Assembly: GCF_009914755.1 (NCBI RefSeq)
Contig: NC_060936.1
Source: the human T2T-CHM13v2.0 reference genome, Homo sapiens
Reading direction: 5' to 3' (one strand)
DNA length: 64,000 bases
Every line of letters begins with the position of its first letter. Within the stretch, counting starts at the first letter, position 1. The notes below the pieces were generated by a model. The model was not told where the DNA came from. It was given only the letters and a program-made list of their open reading frames with translations, and searched no databases. The position numbers and the translations under genes were made by a program. Positions 28,858-44,096 of this stretch are shown piece after piece.

Positions 28858-30204
28858 TGTTTAAAACATTTCTGAGAACAGTACCTGATCTACCAGGCAA
28901 TCTGGGTCACCAAAATCCTAATATAGTTTTGGTATTACCTAAGGTGCCAGACACTGGCTTTACCCACAGACATTCTGATTTAATTGATGTAGGACGTGGC
29001 CTGGGCATTGAGTTTCTTTAAAGCTCCCAGGTAATTATAATGTGCCTCCAAGTTTGGGAAGCACTGGTTTAGAAGCTTCCTGTTCCTTAAGGATATAGCC
29101 AACTCTGGAAAAACAGGCTGGCGCTGGGTGGTTAGGAGTCTTCTGGGACCACGTTTGGACTTTGGGAATTTGGAGTTTATTCTCTAGGCAATGAAGTACA
29201 ATGAAAAGTCTTTAAAAGGGGAAGTGACATCAAAGTTTCAGAAAGGTAATTCTGGCTACAATTTAGAAAATTGGAAAGGCTGGACACAGGGTAATTGTTA
29301 GGAGGAAGAGATGACACCGAGGGCCTACATGAGACTGGGATGGTGGCACTCTGATGCTAGGTAGCAGCGGAAACCCTGGCACACGGGTGGAAAAAGAGTA
29401 AGCAACTAAAAATGTTCTGCTTCTGCTGGTTTTCAGCTTTGAAATTTAATTGTGGCCTCGTTAGTAATCATATAAAGAATTCCGTTAGTACTTTTTAGCT
29501 TGGCTGTAAATGGGGACAGCCCCTTCAAGAACGCTCAAGCATTTATGGGTTTCAGAATGATACAAGATAACTGATCACCCTTAAAAAATAAAAGAACTCA
29601 GTTAGCTTTTACAGCTACCCAGTTAATTTTGGTAATGTAGATCATTAAGCTTCCAGATAGAGTTTTTCACAGGGAGTGAGGGGAGAAGAGATGGTCTGGC
29701 TACTTAGGATCCAATTACCTGGATAATTGCCAGATACCCACTAAACATGGTGATGTAAGCATGGTTTCAGTCAATGTATCTTTTTTCTGTTTTTTTTTTT
29801 TCTGACCTAATGCCTCTACTGATAAAAATATTTTTACTATTATTGGTTCTGTGGAACTAGTATGACTGTGATAGTGAGAGGACTGCATTCCATTTGCCTT
29901 GTGCTCCATCAGAGTCAGCTGTCGGTGTGTCCTCATGCCAGACTCATTGTAATTAGGAAGGAGACAGAAGAGGCAAGAAGAGCCCAGCGGGAGGCTCCCA
30001 TTTTGGCTTGAAGGCAGTAGCACCACAAATTAGAAAAACCATTGCTTGCCTTCTACACGGACTCAACACAATACTATTGTGTCTACCAATGGGAGGTTCT
30101 GAATATTTTTTTAAAACCTTTGAAAACATAAAAACCATTCTTAGCTCAAGGGACACAGGAAAACAGGCCACAGGCCAGAGGTTGCAGACGCGTGGTCTAA
30201 ACAA

Positions 30205-30620
30205 TTAACAGAACAATAAATCAAGCCCGGATATGTCACATTTGCTGACCTCCCTGTTGTAAATACTCTCACAATGACTTGATTCGAGAATGTCCACGTA
30301 AACACTGCTGCGAGGGGAGCTAGGGAGAGTTGAGCAGTGGTTTACCATGGTGTGCTCTTTCCACCACGCGGATAGCATAGGCTGACATGTATGATAAGCA
30401 ACCTTGAGAGCAAAGGGAATGGTAAAATGTGGTAAAATAATTAGGAAGGAAGGAGTTTTTGAGTATTTATTCTCTTTGTTTCTAATATAATTTATTTAGT
30501 TGTAAGTTCACATAATTCGGTTTTTATACTGGCCATGTTGAACAATCGGCTGGCAAAATTTCTGAAAATTTAACAATATTCTCTCACAAACTAGTACAAG
30601 CTGGCTCCAGTACACCACGG
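30205..30620 (-). mobile_element. MER63-like hAT-Blackjack fragment
   Basis: Terminus agctggctccagtacaccac; internal gtaaaataattaggaag and ttttgagtatttatt. Confidence 0.6.
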
Positions 30621-31308
30621 CTGGAGAGGGGAAGCTAGAATGTTGAGAGGCAGTCAGGATGAAAGCAACAGAGCAAGGAAAGCTGAAGTTTATGGCTGTG
30701 GACGAGCGCTTCCTCCATCAGCTGAGATGGAGCCATGCGTGGGCGTTGCACAGGGCAGCAGCCAATGATGGGACGGAGCTCATTCAGGCCCTCTGTCTTA
30801 ATAAGCACAACTCAACTAATTTGGGAAGAAAACTCAGTTCAGTTGGCCAGTACCTGGCAGGGACAGGTAGCTTGACTTAATATATAGTAAATCTAATTAT
30901 AAAAATATAGTACTGTGCTCAAAATTTACATGTGAGTAGAATGATCGTGATGAAACAGAAGACAGAACTTTTCCCTTACGATAACATTGGATTTTCTTTC
31001 CTAACCTAGCTCTCCTACAAACATGCAAATAAACTGAACCAGCTAAAGAAGTGGTCCCAAGGTTTTAATAAAAAAAACATTTAACCCTTCCCTAAATATT
31101 ATCTAATGAGGGAGCAAAATGTGTCACTCTCCCTTAACAGATGGGATTCTCATGGCTGCTGTTAAAGGGGAAAAAGGAGAAACCAAACTGGGTGACTCTC
31201 TGAGTTACATCTTTGGCTCTGAACTCGGTGAGTCTATGGTTTGATAGGTTGGCAGGGCAAAGGGAAAAACAGAGTTGGAGCTGACTGAGGATTAGAAATG
31301 GAATCTGG

Positions 31309-31603
31309 GGCTGGGTACAGTGGCTCACACCTGTAATCCTGACCCTTTGGGAGGTTGAGGTGGGAGGATCATTTGAGCCCAGAAGTTCAAGACCAGCCTG
31401 GGCAACATAGTGAGATCCCATCACTACAAAAAATTTTTAAAAAGTAGCTGGGTGTTGTGGCACGTGCCTGTAGTCTCAGCCACTCAGGAGGCTGAGGCAG
31501 ATCACTTGAGCCCAGGAGTGCAAGGCTGCAGTGAGCAATGATTACGCCACTGCACTCTAGCCTAGGCCACAAAGCAAGACCCTGTATCTAAAATAAACAT
31601 AAC
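31309..31603 (+). mobile_element. AluJ
   Basis: ggaggatcatttgagcccag and gggcaacatagtgaga diagnostics. Confidence 0.88.
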
Positions 31604-31765
31604 AAAGAAAGAAAAGAAAGGGAGGGAGGGAGGGAGGGAGGAAGGAAGGAAGGAAGGAAAAGAAAGGAAGGAAGGAAAGAAGGAAGGAAGGAAGGAAAGA
31701 AAAGAAAGAGAGAAAGAAAGAAAGAGAAGGAAAGAAAGAAGAAAGAAAAAGAAAGAAAAAGAAAA
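31604..31765 (+). repeat. 162-bp pure polypurine tract, (GGGA)n/(GGAA)n/(GAAA)n
   Basis: No pyrimidine between 31603 and 31766. Confidence 0.93.
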
Positions 31766-33456
31766 TCTAGATGGCTTCTAATGTAACATGGTATTTTTGT
31801 GAGAGGATACTGTTAACTATAGCAATCATTTGATTTGCTCACAGATTGATTTAGTTTTTAGTGTCCATAATATGTTAAGTATTTTTAAATATGAAATATG
31901 TACCTACATGTATTTAATATTTACCACTTAATTGAATCCTTAAGATATCAGTGGTAGATGGTTTATGTTTCTGTTTATTTCTCATGTTTTTAAACTTTCT
32001 GCAGGGAGGAACCATTTGTTAAATTTCTTTTTATGTTTCTTACTATGCAGCATTGCACCATGAATATGGAGAGTGAGCTTTAAAATAGTATGAAAGACAA
32101 ATGTTTAAAGGTATACATTTCTTTCAGAGAACTTTTTCTCTCTCTTTCTCTCTCTGACAGTGTGTGTGTATCTCCTGTGTCTCTCTTTCCCTCTCTCACA
32201 TGCACACATAAGTGCACACACACACTTCTCTTGGAAACTGAAGGAGGCAAGAATATGATGCCATTAACAAATGCTCTTTGGTGGACAGCAATAATAACAA
32301 CTGCTAACTTTCACTGAGGACTACTTATGTGCCAGATACCATGTGAAGCGCTTTGCTTGTATTAGATCATCGAAACCTCAGAAAAACTCTATAAAGTGGG
32401 TGCTAATATTTTCTAGATTTTTCAGATACAATACTGAGGATCAGGGAGATTGAATAAGTTGTCCAGTGTCACCCCTGGTAGCTGAGAGAGCTGGTTTGGA
32501 TGCCTAGGGCTGTTTGTCTCCAAACCTGTGCCTTGCACCCTTAGCTCTGGTTCCTCCCCTCTCATGTCATGTAATCAGCACAAATTTCCTGAAGTAAGGC
32601 TGCATGCATATAACAAGAATAAAGGAATAAAAATAGAGGATGCCGTGGAATGGGAGAAAGTGGACTACTTACGGCAGCAGAGGAGACAGTAGGAAAGGAG
32701 AACTCTAGATGCTGTAAAGCTTCCTGGGACTATAAGTACACTTGGCTACAACAAAATGGTTGAGCAGGAAAGAAGGGAAGACAGAAGGGCTGATTTGGTG
32801 GAGGGCCATGGGAGGAATAAAATTAGACATCATAGCTACAGAATAGAAGCACTGAAATTGCACCAAATCCATAGACTCTCAGGAGTGGAGGAGATTTGAA
32901 CGCCATCTGCCTAATACATAAATTTGCTCTGCATCTTGACAAGGTGGTGGTTCAGCCTCCTTGAATGCCCTTGGCCATGAAGAACTCATTAGCTCCTCTC
33001 AACAGATGGTGAATTAGAAAGTTCTTCCCTGTATGGAACCCATATTTGCCTACCAGTAACTTCTGCTCAGTGGCCAGGAACTGACTTCTTGGGGCCATAC
33101 ATGAAAAGTCTTTCATAGAATAGTTTCCAGGGTAAGTAGGAAAATATCTACACGTCAACTATTTTTCCCTAATGGTAAAATTATTTCTGGATACTGCGTT
33201 CACAAATGCTTCCTAATCACTAATTATCACTCAGTACATTTCTTAATCAACTGCCTTTTTGCTAGGTAATAATAATAGTTGATAATAACCAACTGCAAAT
33301 AGCTTTGCATAGATCATTTTTTATGTTGTCATTTTTATCTTACAGTTGAGGAAGCTGAGGCTCAGAGAGCTTAAATAACTTGCTCAGGGTCACCTATGCT
33401 ATAGGCAGAGCAGTCAGAATTTGCTACAGGTAATTTAAACACAGAGATAGAGCACT

Positions 33457-34078
<622 letters not shown>

Positions 34079-34082
34079 AGTA

Positions 34083-35005
34083 CAGCAGGTCTTTGAATAC
34101 ATTTATTGTGTTCAACACCTTTTCATTATGACATTGATGGGAAGAAAAAATGGATTCCCAGCCAGGGCCACTGTCTAGGTGGAGTTGGCAAGTTCTCCCC
34201 ACATCTGTATGGGTTTTCTTAGCCTTTCCTGTTTCCTCCCACATCCCAAAGCTGTGCACTTAGGTGAACTGCTGTATTGACAGGGTCCCAGCATGAGTGA
34301 GCGTGGGTGTGTGTGCGAGTGCTCTATGTGATGGAATGGCCTCCTGTCCAGGATTGGATCCTGCTGTGCACACTGAGCTGCCAGGACAGGCTCTGGCCAC
34401 CTGAGTTCAGGGGAACCGGAATACTTGGGTAAATAATTATCTCATTTCTGTAATCTTTCTTAAATGTATGTATAGCTCACATTTGTTTCAATGTTTAGTA
34501 TTAGAAGTGTTTTGGTCTTTATTTAGAAATTTGGGGTTTTGTTTTGGTTTGGTAATGTTTTTGTGACCAGAAAGATGCCCTAAGGAACTTTTTTTTTTTT
34601 TTTTGAGACAGAGTCTCACCCTCGGGGGAGTGCAGTGGCACAATCATAACTTGGACCTCTGGGTCCAAGTGGTCCTCCTGCCTCAGCCTCCTGAGTAGCT
34701 GGGACTACAGGTGCATGTGACTACACCCAGCTAATTTTTGTATTTTTTGTAGAGAAGGGGGTCTCTCTATGTTGTCCAGTCTGGTCTCAAACTCCTGGGC
34801 TCAAATGATCCTCCCGCCTCAGCCTCCCAAAGTATTGAGATTACAGGCATGAGCCACGTCACCCAGCCTTAACTCTTGTTCGTATCCATTAGCCTACGGT
34901 AAAATGGGTTTTGTTATACCAATTTTGTAATACCCTTATATCATCATTTCACTTAAAGTGACAATTCCTGAGAACCTATCAGTGGCATTAAGTGAAGACT
35001 TATTG
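34083..35005 (+). mobile_element. MER6A-like TcMar-Tigger element interrupted by an Alu
   Basis: TA|cagcaggtc ... gacttattg|TA; internal gggccactgtct...gttctccccac...tttcctcccacatcccaaag. Confidence 0.82.
34589..34868 (-). mobile_element. AluJ inside MER6A
   Basis: Poly-T followed by a diverged reverse Alu (ctcctgggctcaaatgatcctccc). Confidence 0.87.
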
Positions 35006-35084
35006 TACTTAAATAAATCATTCATTCCACCTGGTATAAAAAGAGAATGCTGTGGAAGGTAGAGTCTACCCAGGTTTAGCTTTG

Positions 35085-35245
35085 AGAACGTGCAGCTTGT
35101 ACAGTCTCCCACTGAGAAGGCCTCTGAGCCTGGTTTTATACTCTGCTGTCACAGCCTTGAAATTCTTAATAAGTTTTGAACAGGGAGCCCTGTATTTTCA
35201 TTCTGCACTGAGCCCCCCAAATTATTAACTTGTTCTAGGTCTGCC
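35085..35245. mobile_element. MER91-like hAT-Tip100 MITE
   Basis: cttgaaattcttaataagttttgaaca...ccctgtattttcattctgcactgagcccc; approximate. Confidence 0.55.
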
Positions 35246-36454
35246 ATTAAAAACGAAAGAAAACAGTCAAGCTGACAAATAGACCACCTGCTTTGGTGGT
35301 GGTGCATCGAGTGTTCTGTCGTTCTGTAGGTTCATATGTTGGAGTGAACTTTAGAACCCATTCTCTATTCTGTGGCTTCTGGTCTTACTGCCCTGGACAG
35401 CCTCAGTGGTCAGGGATGGAGTGTAGGGTGTGGAGAGTGGCTTCCTTTCTTGTATATTTAATGCCATGCGTGGAGAAGGGCTGAGTTCTGGCAGGAATGC
35501 TTTTACATTTTTGGCTTTTATCACTTTCTACTCCTCAGACACTGTGTCTCCTGTCACAGGAAATTTATGGGTACATTTTAGTAGTTGACAGGAACAACGA
35601 GCCTCCAGGATTTCCCCAGGAGAAGCTTCCACCTGCCGAGTGAGAACTTCCTCCTATTGGCTAATGTGGAAGCTCTGGGCTCTCCTCATTATTTCCTCAG
35701 CCTGTCATAAATGCCAGGAATGCAGGTTTCACAAAAGCAGGCAGAGGTGCGCTGTTAGTAACTGTTCCAGGACAAGTCATTTGGGAGAGGTACTTACTGT
35801 GCTTCTTGGATGTCTGCTTCCAGTCATCTTAGTAAGTCCAGTTTGACAAAAATGTGCCTTTCTAAGTAAATGCAGCTCACAGCTTATGGTTGCCAATGAA
35901 AAATAAAAAGGACAGATGTAACATGGAAGAATGCATAGCTACCCAACACCTTCTTCAGAACACCAGGGCCTGATATTATGTTTTGCTGCTTAATAGACTT
36001 CATTCAGATTATGAATGCCTTCAAAGTGGCAGTAAGATATCTTGAAAAGAGCACTGCAACGGGAGTCAGGAAACCTGGGTTTCCACCTAGTTTAATCTTC
36101 CCAGATTAAGGGGAGGAGTTGAATTAGGCAATAGCTAAGCCCTGCACTTAGTACCCAGTGCAGACATTGTAGGAGGCTCCCTCTTTTGGGAATTGACAGA
36201 TGTTGAGCTTGGGTTTCCTTCTCTTGGCTCAAAGTGAACAGGCTTTTAATCAATCCAGAGATATTTACCTAGATCTTTTCATTTACTGCACTGCAAGCCC
36301 TGTGGCAGAATGATATACAGGAAAACCTGAGGCTCATTATGAGAAAATTGCATAAGGGGCTTCTCTCCTGACTTCCACGTATGGCCCAGGAATCTTGGTT
36401 CTGACTGTCAGGCCAGCTCCACCTGGGCCAGGTATTTATAGATGACATCCTTAG

Positions 36455-36820
36455 ATGGGGAACACAGAGCTAGCTGCTATAATAGAAACCCAAAATAACA
36501 GTGAATTTAAGGGGGGTAGACATTTATTTCTCTCTCAAGCAATCCAGGGTGTCTCCATGTCAGACTCCCAGGCCCCTTCTGTGTTGTTGCTCCTGCCCAC
36601 CTAGAGTGTTGCCCTCCCTGCATGGCCCATGATGGCTTCCCACTGTGTTCACAGTCCAGGCAGCAGGATGGAAGAAGGGGAGTCAAAGCCAGGTTGCACC
36701 CATCTCTTTTCCCTCTCAGCCCAACAACCAGAACTCAGTCCACTGAAAGGTAGGAAATGCAGTCTTTGTTCTGGGCAGCCATGTGGGAGAGTGGATACTG
36801 GCAGACAAGTAGCAGGTTCT
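36455..36820 (-). mobile_element. MLT1-type MaLR LTR (old)
   Basis: agctgctataatagaaacccaaaataacagtg...atttatttctctctc...ggaaatgcagtctt; approximate. Confidence 0.5.
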
Positions 36821-37959
36821 GACATGTGGCCTGTGTCTTGGGATTTGATTAAGATGAACCAAAGGGCCTGTTGAGAGCATCTGCACTCTGACCTGTCAGG
36901 AGATCTCTATACACTGTAGGCCACGAACTTATATGCAACAAACCACGAAGACCAAAGCAGGCTGTGGCACCAATCACCCATCCCTCCTCCAAGGAGCTGG
37001 TGCAGACCCTCAGCTGGTGTGGCCATGGCTGTGGTCTCTGTGCTAGTCCAGTCTGGGTCTTCTCTGACTATCCTGCACTGTTCTTGTTTGGATTGCTCTG
37101 GAGTGCCAACTTTTCTTCACAGTTCTTCTGATTAGGTACTAAACTTCATTTATGCATTTGTCACAGTGGAGGCTCCAGGCACTTATTTCTGGGGAAGGCA
37201 GGCTTAGCCTTCCCCACGGCCTCTGCAAAGTGCTGCTCTCAGTTCCCTTACCCTGCGTTCTCTGTCTCTTTGTGCAATTCTGTGGTCGTAGTGAAGGCGA
37301 GGGGGCCCCTTCTAGTGGGAAGGGTCACTTCCAACTTAGATTCAGACTGGAAAGATGACCTCCAGCTGTGCAGAGACATGTTCCATGGTTCTGCGTTCCA
37401 CAGAACATCTGGAAGAGCTGATTCCAAGCGGTGGTGTCTCAGCACAGCTGGGGCAGTGCTGTCTGCCCCCTGCCATGGTTGACATCCATTAGGTGAGTAC
37501 CCTGGGTGTTGTGGTGTGTGTTAGAGACTCTAGAGGTGAATGTGGTGGTCACCTTTTCCCGTTCCAGCTCTGCACTCTCTGCAGAGTTGAGGGCCAGACA
37601 CCTTCTTGTTGAGGACTTAGTTTACTCTAAGCCTCCAAAATGGTTCTGGGCCCATTTTACTTTTAGCCTCCCAACACAGTTTGGGCCGTCCTGTTTTCCT
37701 TTATTCTCTCACATCTCAGCCTCCCAAAATGCTGTTCCATCTTCTGTCTTCTGACTCAAATCCTCTTCATCCTTTGAAGACTCCAATAACTCCTCTTGGA
37801 GAAGCTTTCACCTAAAATACCAGCCTTGGGATTTTTATTACCTTGTCAATTCTCCCCATATTTCTTTCACTGGCCGAGCAGAGCCATTACCAATCTCTAT
37901 TGTTCAGTATTTAACTTCACATATTTTTGTCCTCTTCTCAGGTTTTAAACTCCTGACTT

Positions 37960-38730
37960 GTTTTATTCATGCATTTATCAGTTGTTTACTAGGATTTGCT
38001 AGGCACAGAGCAGACAAAGACAAATAATTCCCCTGTGTAGCACTTCGCTAGGGTAACCAAGGGGGGAAGACATTTACTGGAAACAATAACAGAACAAATT
38101 ATTACCTTACTAGTAGACATATGTGCAAAAGCCTTTGAAAGACCAGAAGAAAGCCAACTGCCTGGCAATGTCGGAAAGTTTCATGGGGGAGCTGGCATTC
38201 TTATTGGCCTATTCAGTGGTGGATGGATGGAAACAGTTGCTGGCTGGAAGAAGTATGAGTATAAATGATCAACAATTTGAAGAAGGTGAGAGTTGGAGGT
38301 CTATTTATTTGGGTGGGAGAAAAGGATACAAAAGAGAAGGATGGATGAATAGAAGATAAAGCTGAAAAGCTGAGTTGGGCAAGATGGGCAAGTACTTATT
38401 GGCTCTGCTAAAGCTTTTGGATTTTCCTGTTGGTAACGGGGAGCCTTGAAAATTCTTCGGGAGGGAAGGTGGATGGTCCCATCTGTGTATTAGAATGATG
38501 AGGTTGGATTTGGAGGGAAAAATTGATTGGGGTTGAGGAGTGAGCCTCAAGTCAGATGGATCAGTTAGATACAAATTTCTGCCAGACAATGACACCAGCA
38601 AAGGTGAGAGGTGAGGAGAGCTCTGAATTATTAGCAGTGGCAATGGGTAGGAATGAATGAAGGGAACACATTTAAGAGACACTGAAAATGAGTAATTGGA
38701 TGCGTGGGAAGTTGCAGATGCTGGAAGACT
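37960..38730 (+). mobile_element. L2 LINE fragment (orientation not firmly established)
   Basis: Degenerate L2-like segments such as ttttcctgttggtaacggggagccttgaaa and tgaattattagcagtggcaatggg. Confidence 0.45.
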
Positions 38731-41389
38731 TCACTCTGTATAAGGCAATGTCTTTTTTTATTCAATAAATATTGGCTTTTTTACACTGTGTACAAATGGT
38801 GTATGCTTTTCTGAACATTTGGGTTTTGACACAAACTTGTAAGACTGAAACCATGTGAATATTCTTCTTAAAAAATGGATTGTAAAGATTTCATGTGAGA
38901 GTTTACTGTGTACAAGACTTTGCAGTGTTGATTTTCAGTCTAGCTGGTGGTCAGATTCTTTTCTTATGAAGTACTATTGGGGAAATTTTGAGGAGTACAC
39001 AGTATACATTCTTGGAGTACAAAATCAAAATGTGTACCCTGTTATGTTTTAAAAGAACTAAAACTACAAAACGATGCTTTTCCTTCAGGTTTTGTGGGTT
39101 GAAAAAAAAGTTAGTGGAGAAATAGCTTTCTAATTCTTTCTTGCCATTTCCCAAAGAAAGATACTGTGATATTTCATTAAATTAAAATGGTTATTTTTTT
39201 GTTTATTGTCATCAGGCTAGTAAGCCAGATGATGCTGGGGAGCAGGGGTGTAAAGAAAAGGAAAATGTTTCCTGGTTTAAACTCTCTTCCAGTGCTAAAC
39301 AAGTGCTTTGCCCTTTGGGTGGCATATACCACCCAAATGGCAGAGCAAGGGGGTTTAGGAGAATGTCTTTTCCTTTTTGCCTGGTGTTGCCCATAACTAC
39401 ATAATTGTTTCTTGGTTAATTGGTTCAGATGCTACATTGTTTCCAAAGGAGATCAATCTTTCTTCTCTCCATCTCTCTCCTTCTGTCTTCCCCCCATTTG
39501 TTAAGCTCCTTTGCTTTAATGCTTAAATGCTTAACAGTCTTATCTGCTGATCCCCGCAGCTCCTAGATACTGAAAATAAATTATCTTTATGCTGCGGCTG
39601 CTATTAATATATTCCTGTTTGTCTTGGCCTCTGAGTTATGGGGAGCTGTCTGCCTTGAACACTGCATCATAACAATTGTATAACCTCTTCCAAGCACTGC
39701 AGCAAACTTAAATTTATAAATGCCTATGAAGTGAGAGGAGAGAATGGAATTGACTTGAGCGTGGGCATTTAAAGCGGAAAGTCCCTTCCCTGGAGGCTCA
39801 CTCTGATCTTTCCAGAGTGAGCATGAGGGACTCACTCTCTCCCTGACACTTTTTGTCCAATTATTCATTGACCAAGCTTAATGATGGGGACCAGAGGAAA
39901 TATCAGTATGAAGTTTTATGAAGAATTAAGTAGTACTACTTTGATCAATGTAAAACTCTAATAAATAACCCAGCTTAGTAATTGTAGAGCTATTTAGAGA
40001 AAACACACAGATTGAGAATTGAGCAGCTTGTCTCCCAAGAGGGGCCCACTGGGCTGGTAGCATCTAGCAGTTAAGAGGGGGCTGTGTTTAGGTTTTGGAC
40101 ATCCTTATCCGTCCTTGGTATGATCCCCTCATGCTTCATACCTGAAACCTTCGCCTCCTCTGCACAAAGCCATCAATCCAAACAAATGTTTTTGAGCAAA
40201 GTGAGCAGAATATTATAAGTTTTCCCACAGTGTTAAAGAATGCCTAAGGATGCAGTATTTGAATTTAAGGTTTTTAGGTTTTATTTTCAAAAGAAACTTT
40301 AGAGGTTTTCAAATTGTATTCCACAGAGTTACAAGGGTTCCAAGACAGTGTCTCAGGAGCTGCTTGGGGCATGGAGAGCGGGTCTGCATCCTCCCTCCCC
40401 CATCTTGAGCCAGAACAACCCCATGCTTGTGTATTGGGTTTCTAAGTGAGGCTTAATCTGAAGACAGTTACATTGATTAAATCATTGGAAAACTATTGAT
40501 CTAGTCCAACTTCTCATTTTATAGAGGAGGATGCTGAGGGCCAGAGAGTTTTATAATCTGCTCAAAGTCACAATACCAGTGACCAAGATGGATCTAGAAT
40601 ACAGATCTTCTATCAGTCCAATGTTCTTTTATTATCCTATTTACTATTGAATTCCTCCTTTTATCCAGGACAAGCATGGTCCTATCAGCACCAACGTTAG
40701 AACTAAAATAAAATACAAAATAAAATGGATCCTGTCTATGGAGAGGCTGTGACACAGAGAGGTTAAGCACGTAGACTCTGGACCTAGACTTCCTGGGATC
40801 AAATCTCTACTCCACCGAGTATTTCCTGTATGATGCAGGGAATATTTCTGTATGATGCAGGGAACCTTGTATAAGTTACTTACCTTCCTGTAGCTCTGTT
40901 TTCTCGATTGTAAAATGGCTGTGATGATGATGAAATAAACCAGTGCATATACAAATACTGAGAACAGTGTGTGGCAAGTAGTGAATAATAAACATTAGTT
41001 TTTATTTAAAAGTTGGAATCATCAGTCTTTCTCTAAGTTTCCGTTAGATACTCTGTAGTGTGTCAGTCCTTCTGCCTTCTGTGTTTGGCGCTGAGGATGA
41101 CCATGGTCATGGATGTGTGTTCTCTCATGTCTGTTAAAACCGTTCTCCCAGAGGTAGGAGGAGTAATAGGATCATAGACCATTTGGACTGGAGGCATGTC
41201 TTATGTTACAAGTACCTGAGTGAGAACTGAGGCCCCATGAGTGGAAATGACTTGCTCAGTAATCTTAAGGGGCTTTTTCCAAAAGGGCAGGGGGCAGGGA
41301 AGGAGAGACTCCTGACACAGTCCTGGGAACCTGCATTCTATCGGAAAGCCAGTTGTCATTCGTGGGGCCAATATGTTGATGCTGCATTT

Positions 41390-41747
41390 ATAAATTTTTA
41401 AAAATTGAGGTGTGATTCATGTCACATAAAATTAACCTGTGTACAATGTGAAATCCAGAGCTATGTAACACATCCGCAATATACACCATCACCACTAACT
41501 TTTTCATTAGTCCCGAAGGAAACCCTGTACCCATTAAGAAGACACTCCCTATTCCCGCCTCACCCAGGGCCCTGGCAGCCACCGCTCTGCTTTCTGTCTC
41601 CGTGGATTTACCTATTCTGTATTTTTCACAGAAATGGAATCATGCACTAGGTGAACTTTAGTGTCTGGCTTCTTTCACTTAGCATAATGTTTTCGAGGTT
41701 CATCCACATTGTAGCATAAATCAATATTTCATTCCTTTTTATGGCTT
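41390..41747 (-). mobile_element. L1M 3'-end fragment
   Basis: tctggcttctttcacttagcataatgttttcgaggttcatccacattgtagca...ttcctttttatggct. Confidence 0.8.
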
Positions 41748-44096
41748 TTACGTTGCACTTTGGTTAAAGAATTTTGTTGCCTTTGTCTCTCACCACTCCC
41801 GAAGTGAGGCTAACTGACTGTGACACAGTTTTCTGTTTCTTTCCACCCCACAACTTGGTCATTAGTAAGGGGCTAACACTGTGGTTCTATTATTTACAGA
41901 AAACTTGTTTCTGGTTTCTCGGGTCAGGAGACCAACAGCAGAGAAAGTCTAGCTGCTGCTATGCTGGTGGGACCTGCTCTGTTAGGTTCCCTGCCTGTCA
42001 CTGCTCTTGTGCCCAGGTGTTTGTGAGGGCATGAAGAAGGAAGGGACTTCAAGGGCTGGGCGATTTGGCCCCACCATGATACCTGGGTGTTGCACAGAGC
42101 CCACATGGCAGTGGAGAGGCTATCTCTTATCAGCACCTTTGCTGTCAGCTTCTTGTCACAACCTCAAGCCTGACAGGGGAACCACACTGATAGGTGGGCC
42201 CTCTGGGTCTTGGCAACAATGTCATAACGCGGATTACCAGAGCAATATGTCACAGTGTCATTTTGCAATGTTGAGGTGTTCCATTTGTTAATGAGGTGAA
42301 TTTCTTGTCTATAAACATGAACATCTGAACTGTAGAGGAGAGATTAAAAAAATAAAATCACCATATTAATCAGGCCCAATAATTCCTTTTTTAAGCTTGG
42401 ATCCAATGCTGAGGAATCTCTGGCATCCTTCCTTGGAATCAATTACAGTCAATTTCTTCACATTTTACATCAGTTAAAGGAACATTGTCAAGATAAAATC
42501 TTGCCCAACATAGTTTTTTTTTTTTGTTTTAATTTCCTTACTCTCATAAACCAAGACCTTCTTAGGTTACTTTGCCAATAATGAATTTTTAGAGCCAAAT
42601 CCCTGGTTTGTCTTTATTTGGGCTGTGCTGAGGAAGTAGCATCTTCCTTCCCCTTGGTTCACATGTTGCAGTGGGCTGCTCCACGGCTCTCAGATGTGCC
42701 CTTGGGGCTGCATTTTGTCCACACAGGGGCCTGTGTTCTAGTTCCTTAGGTGCGTGTGAAGTTGTGTCTGCCTTGCTGATGGGGTTATTTGTGCTAATCT
42801 TTCTGGAGCCCGGGCACAGGCCACAGCAGGGCAGAGATGCCTGGAAGGGGTCAGGACTGGGTGCCAGCATCCTCTTGGGCCGTAAAGTTAGGCAGGCATG
42901 AGGCCACATTCCACAGGCCTGAAGGAGCAGGGAGCTTGGGCTCAGGGAACTTAGTTGAGGCAGAAAGGCTCAAAAGTCACCTGAGGTGAGGCAGGTGGAA
43001 GCTGGAGACCCAGCAACAAGTTGGGAACATTACCCATGAGTTTAGTTCATAAGACAGAGGCAAGCTTTGTCCTGACATCTTTGCCTTCTCCTTTGTCCTA
43101 TGTTAGGCAAGAACTCACAGGTGTGTGCTGCTAGAAGGCAAGACAGGTCTCTCTACAGGTTCAACTTACCCATAATTAAGGATGGACAGCAGCCTAGACC
43201 TCTCAGTGGTTTCCTAATGTGAGTTGCTGACAATAGATTTTGTTCTTTTGTAGTAAAGGCACCCAGAGACTTGCTGCCTAAGTGCCCGTGGGCATCCTTG
43301 GTTCTTGCCTACCAGGCAGACCCTCTCCTCCTCATCCGAATTGGAGGGTCCAATCACTCTCTTGGGGGTCCAACCTGGATTTTGTCTTTCTCAGCATTGT
43401 GGTCTCAGTACGGAGAAACCAAAACTCGTGGCACTCAAGAGCTTGTTCACTCTTCTCTTCTCCAAACCCTCTGGTGTCCAAGTGAGTTTGGACTAAGTGG
43501 GAGGCCAGATTCATTGGCACACAAGTGGCAGCACGGTGAATGGGGGGCTGTGCTGTGTTCTTCAGGCTCAACCTTCCAGAAGACAATGCGTGCCTGTCTC
43601 CTCTGCTGCATTCCTTGTCCCATGTCTTTTGTTTGAACAAAAGAGGATTGGATAATGAGTTTCTTTTTTATTTCCATCCTTATTTTCTATGGACATGAAG
43701 CTTGAAAGCCAGTCTCCTTGGGTCTCTATCTCTCTACCTATCCTACTACCCCTTACCTTAGAGTAAAGGTTCTGAATGTAAAATAAAGTTATTGGGGAGA
43801 TTTTAAAATTCTGATGCCTAGGCTGTATCCCAAATCAAATTCATGGTTGGATTTTACTATACAGTAAGGAATGCTTTGATACCATTTTGAATGTAGATGG
43901 CTCAGTGGCTTTCTTTGGCTTTCTCCAAGTCCTGCTCAATCCTCCTGAGATGCCCCGAGAATACTGGCCTCCTGAGCAACAGTGGCAGGATCTCAGGAGA
44001 GAGAGGGCAGCTGTGGGCTGTGTCTTTTCATGAGTATGCAATAGTCACCTTTGTTTATTATTTCCCCACCCTGGAGACAAATGTGTTGCTCTTTCT

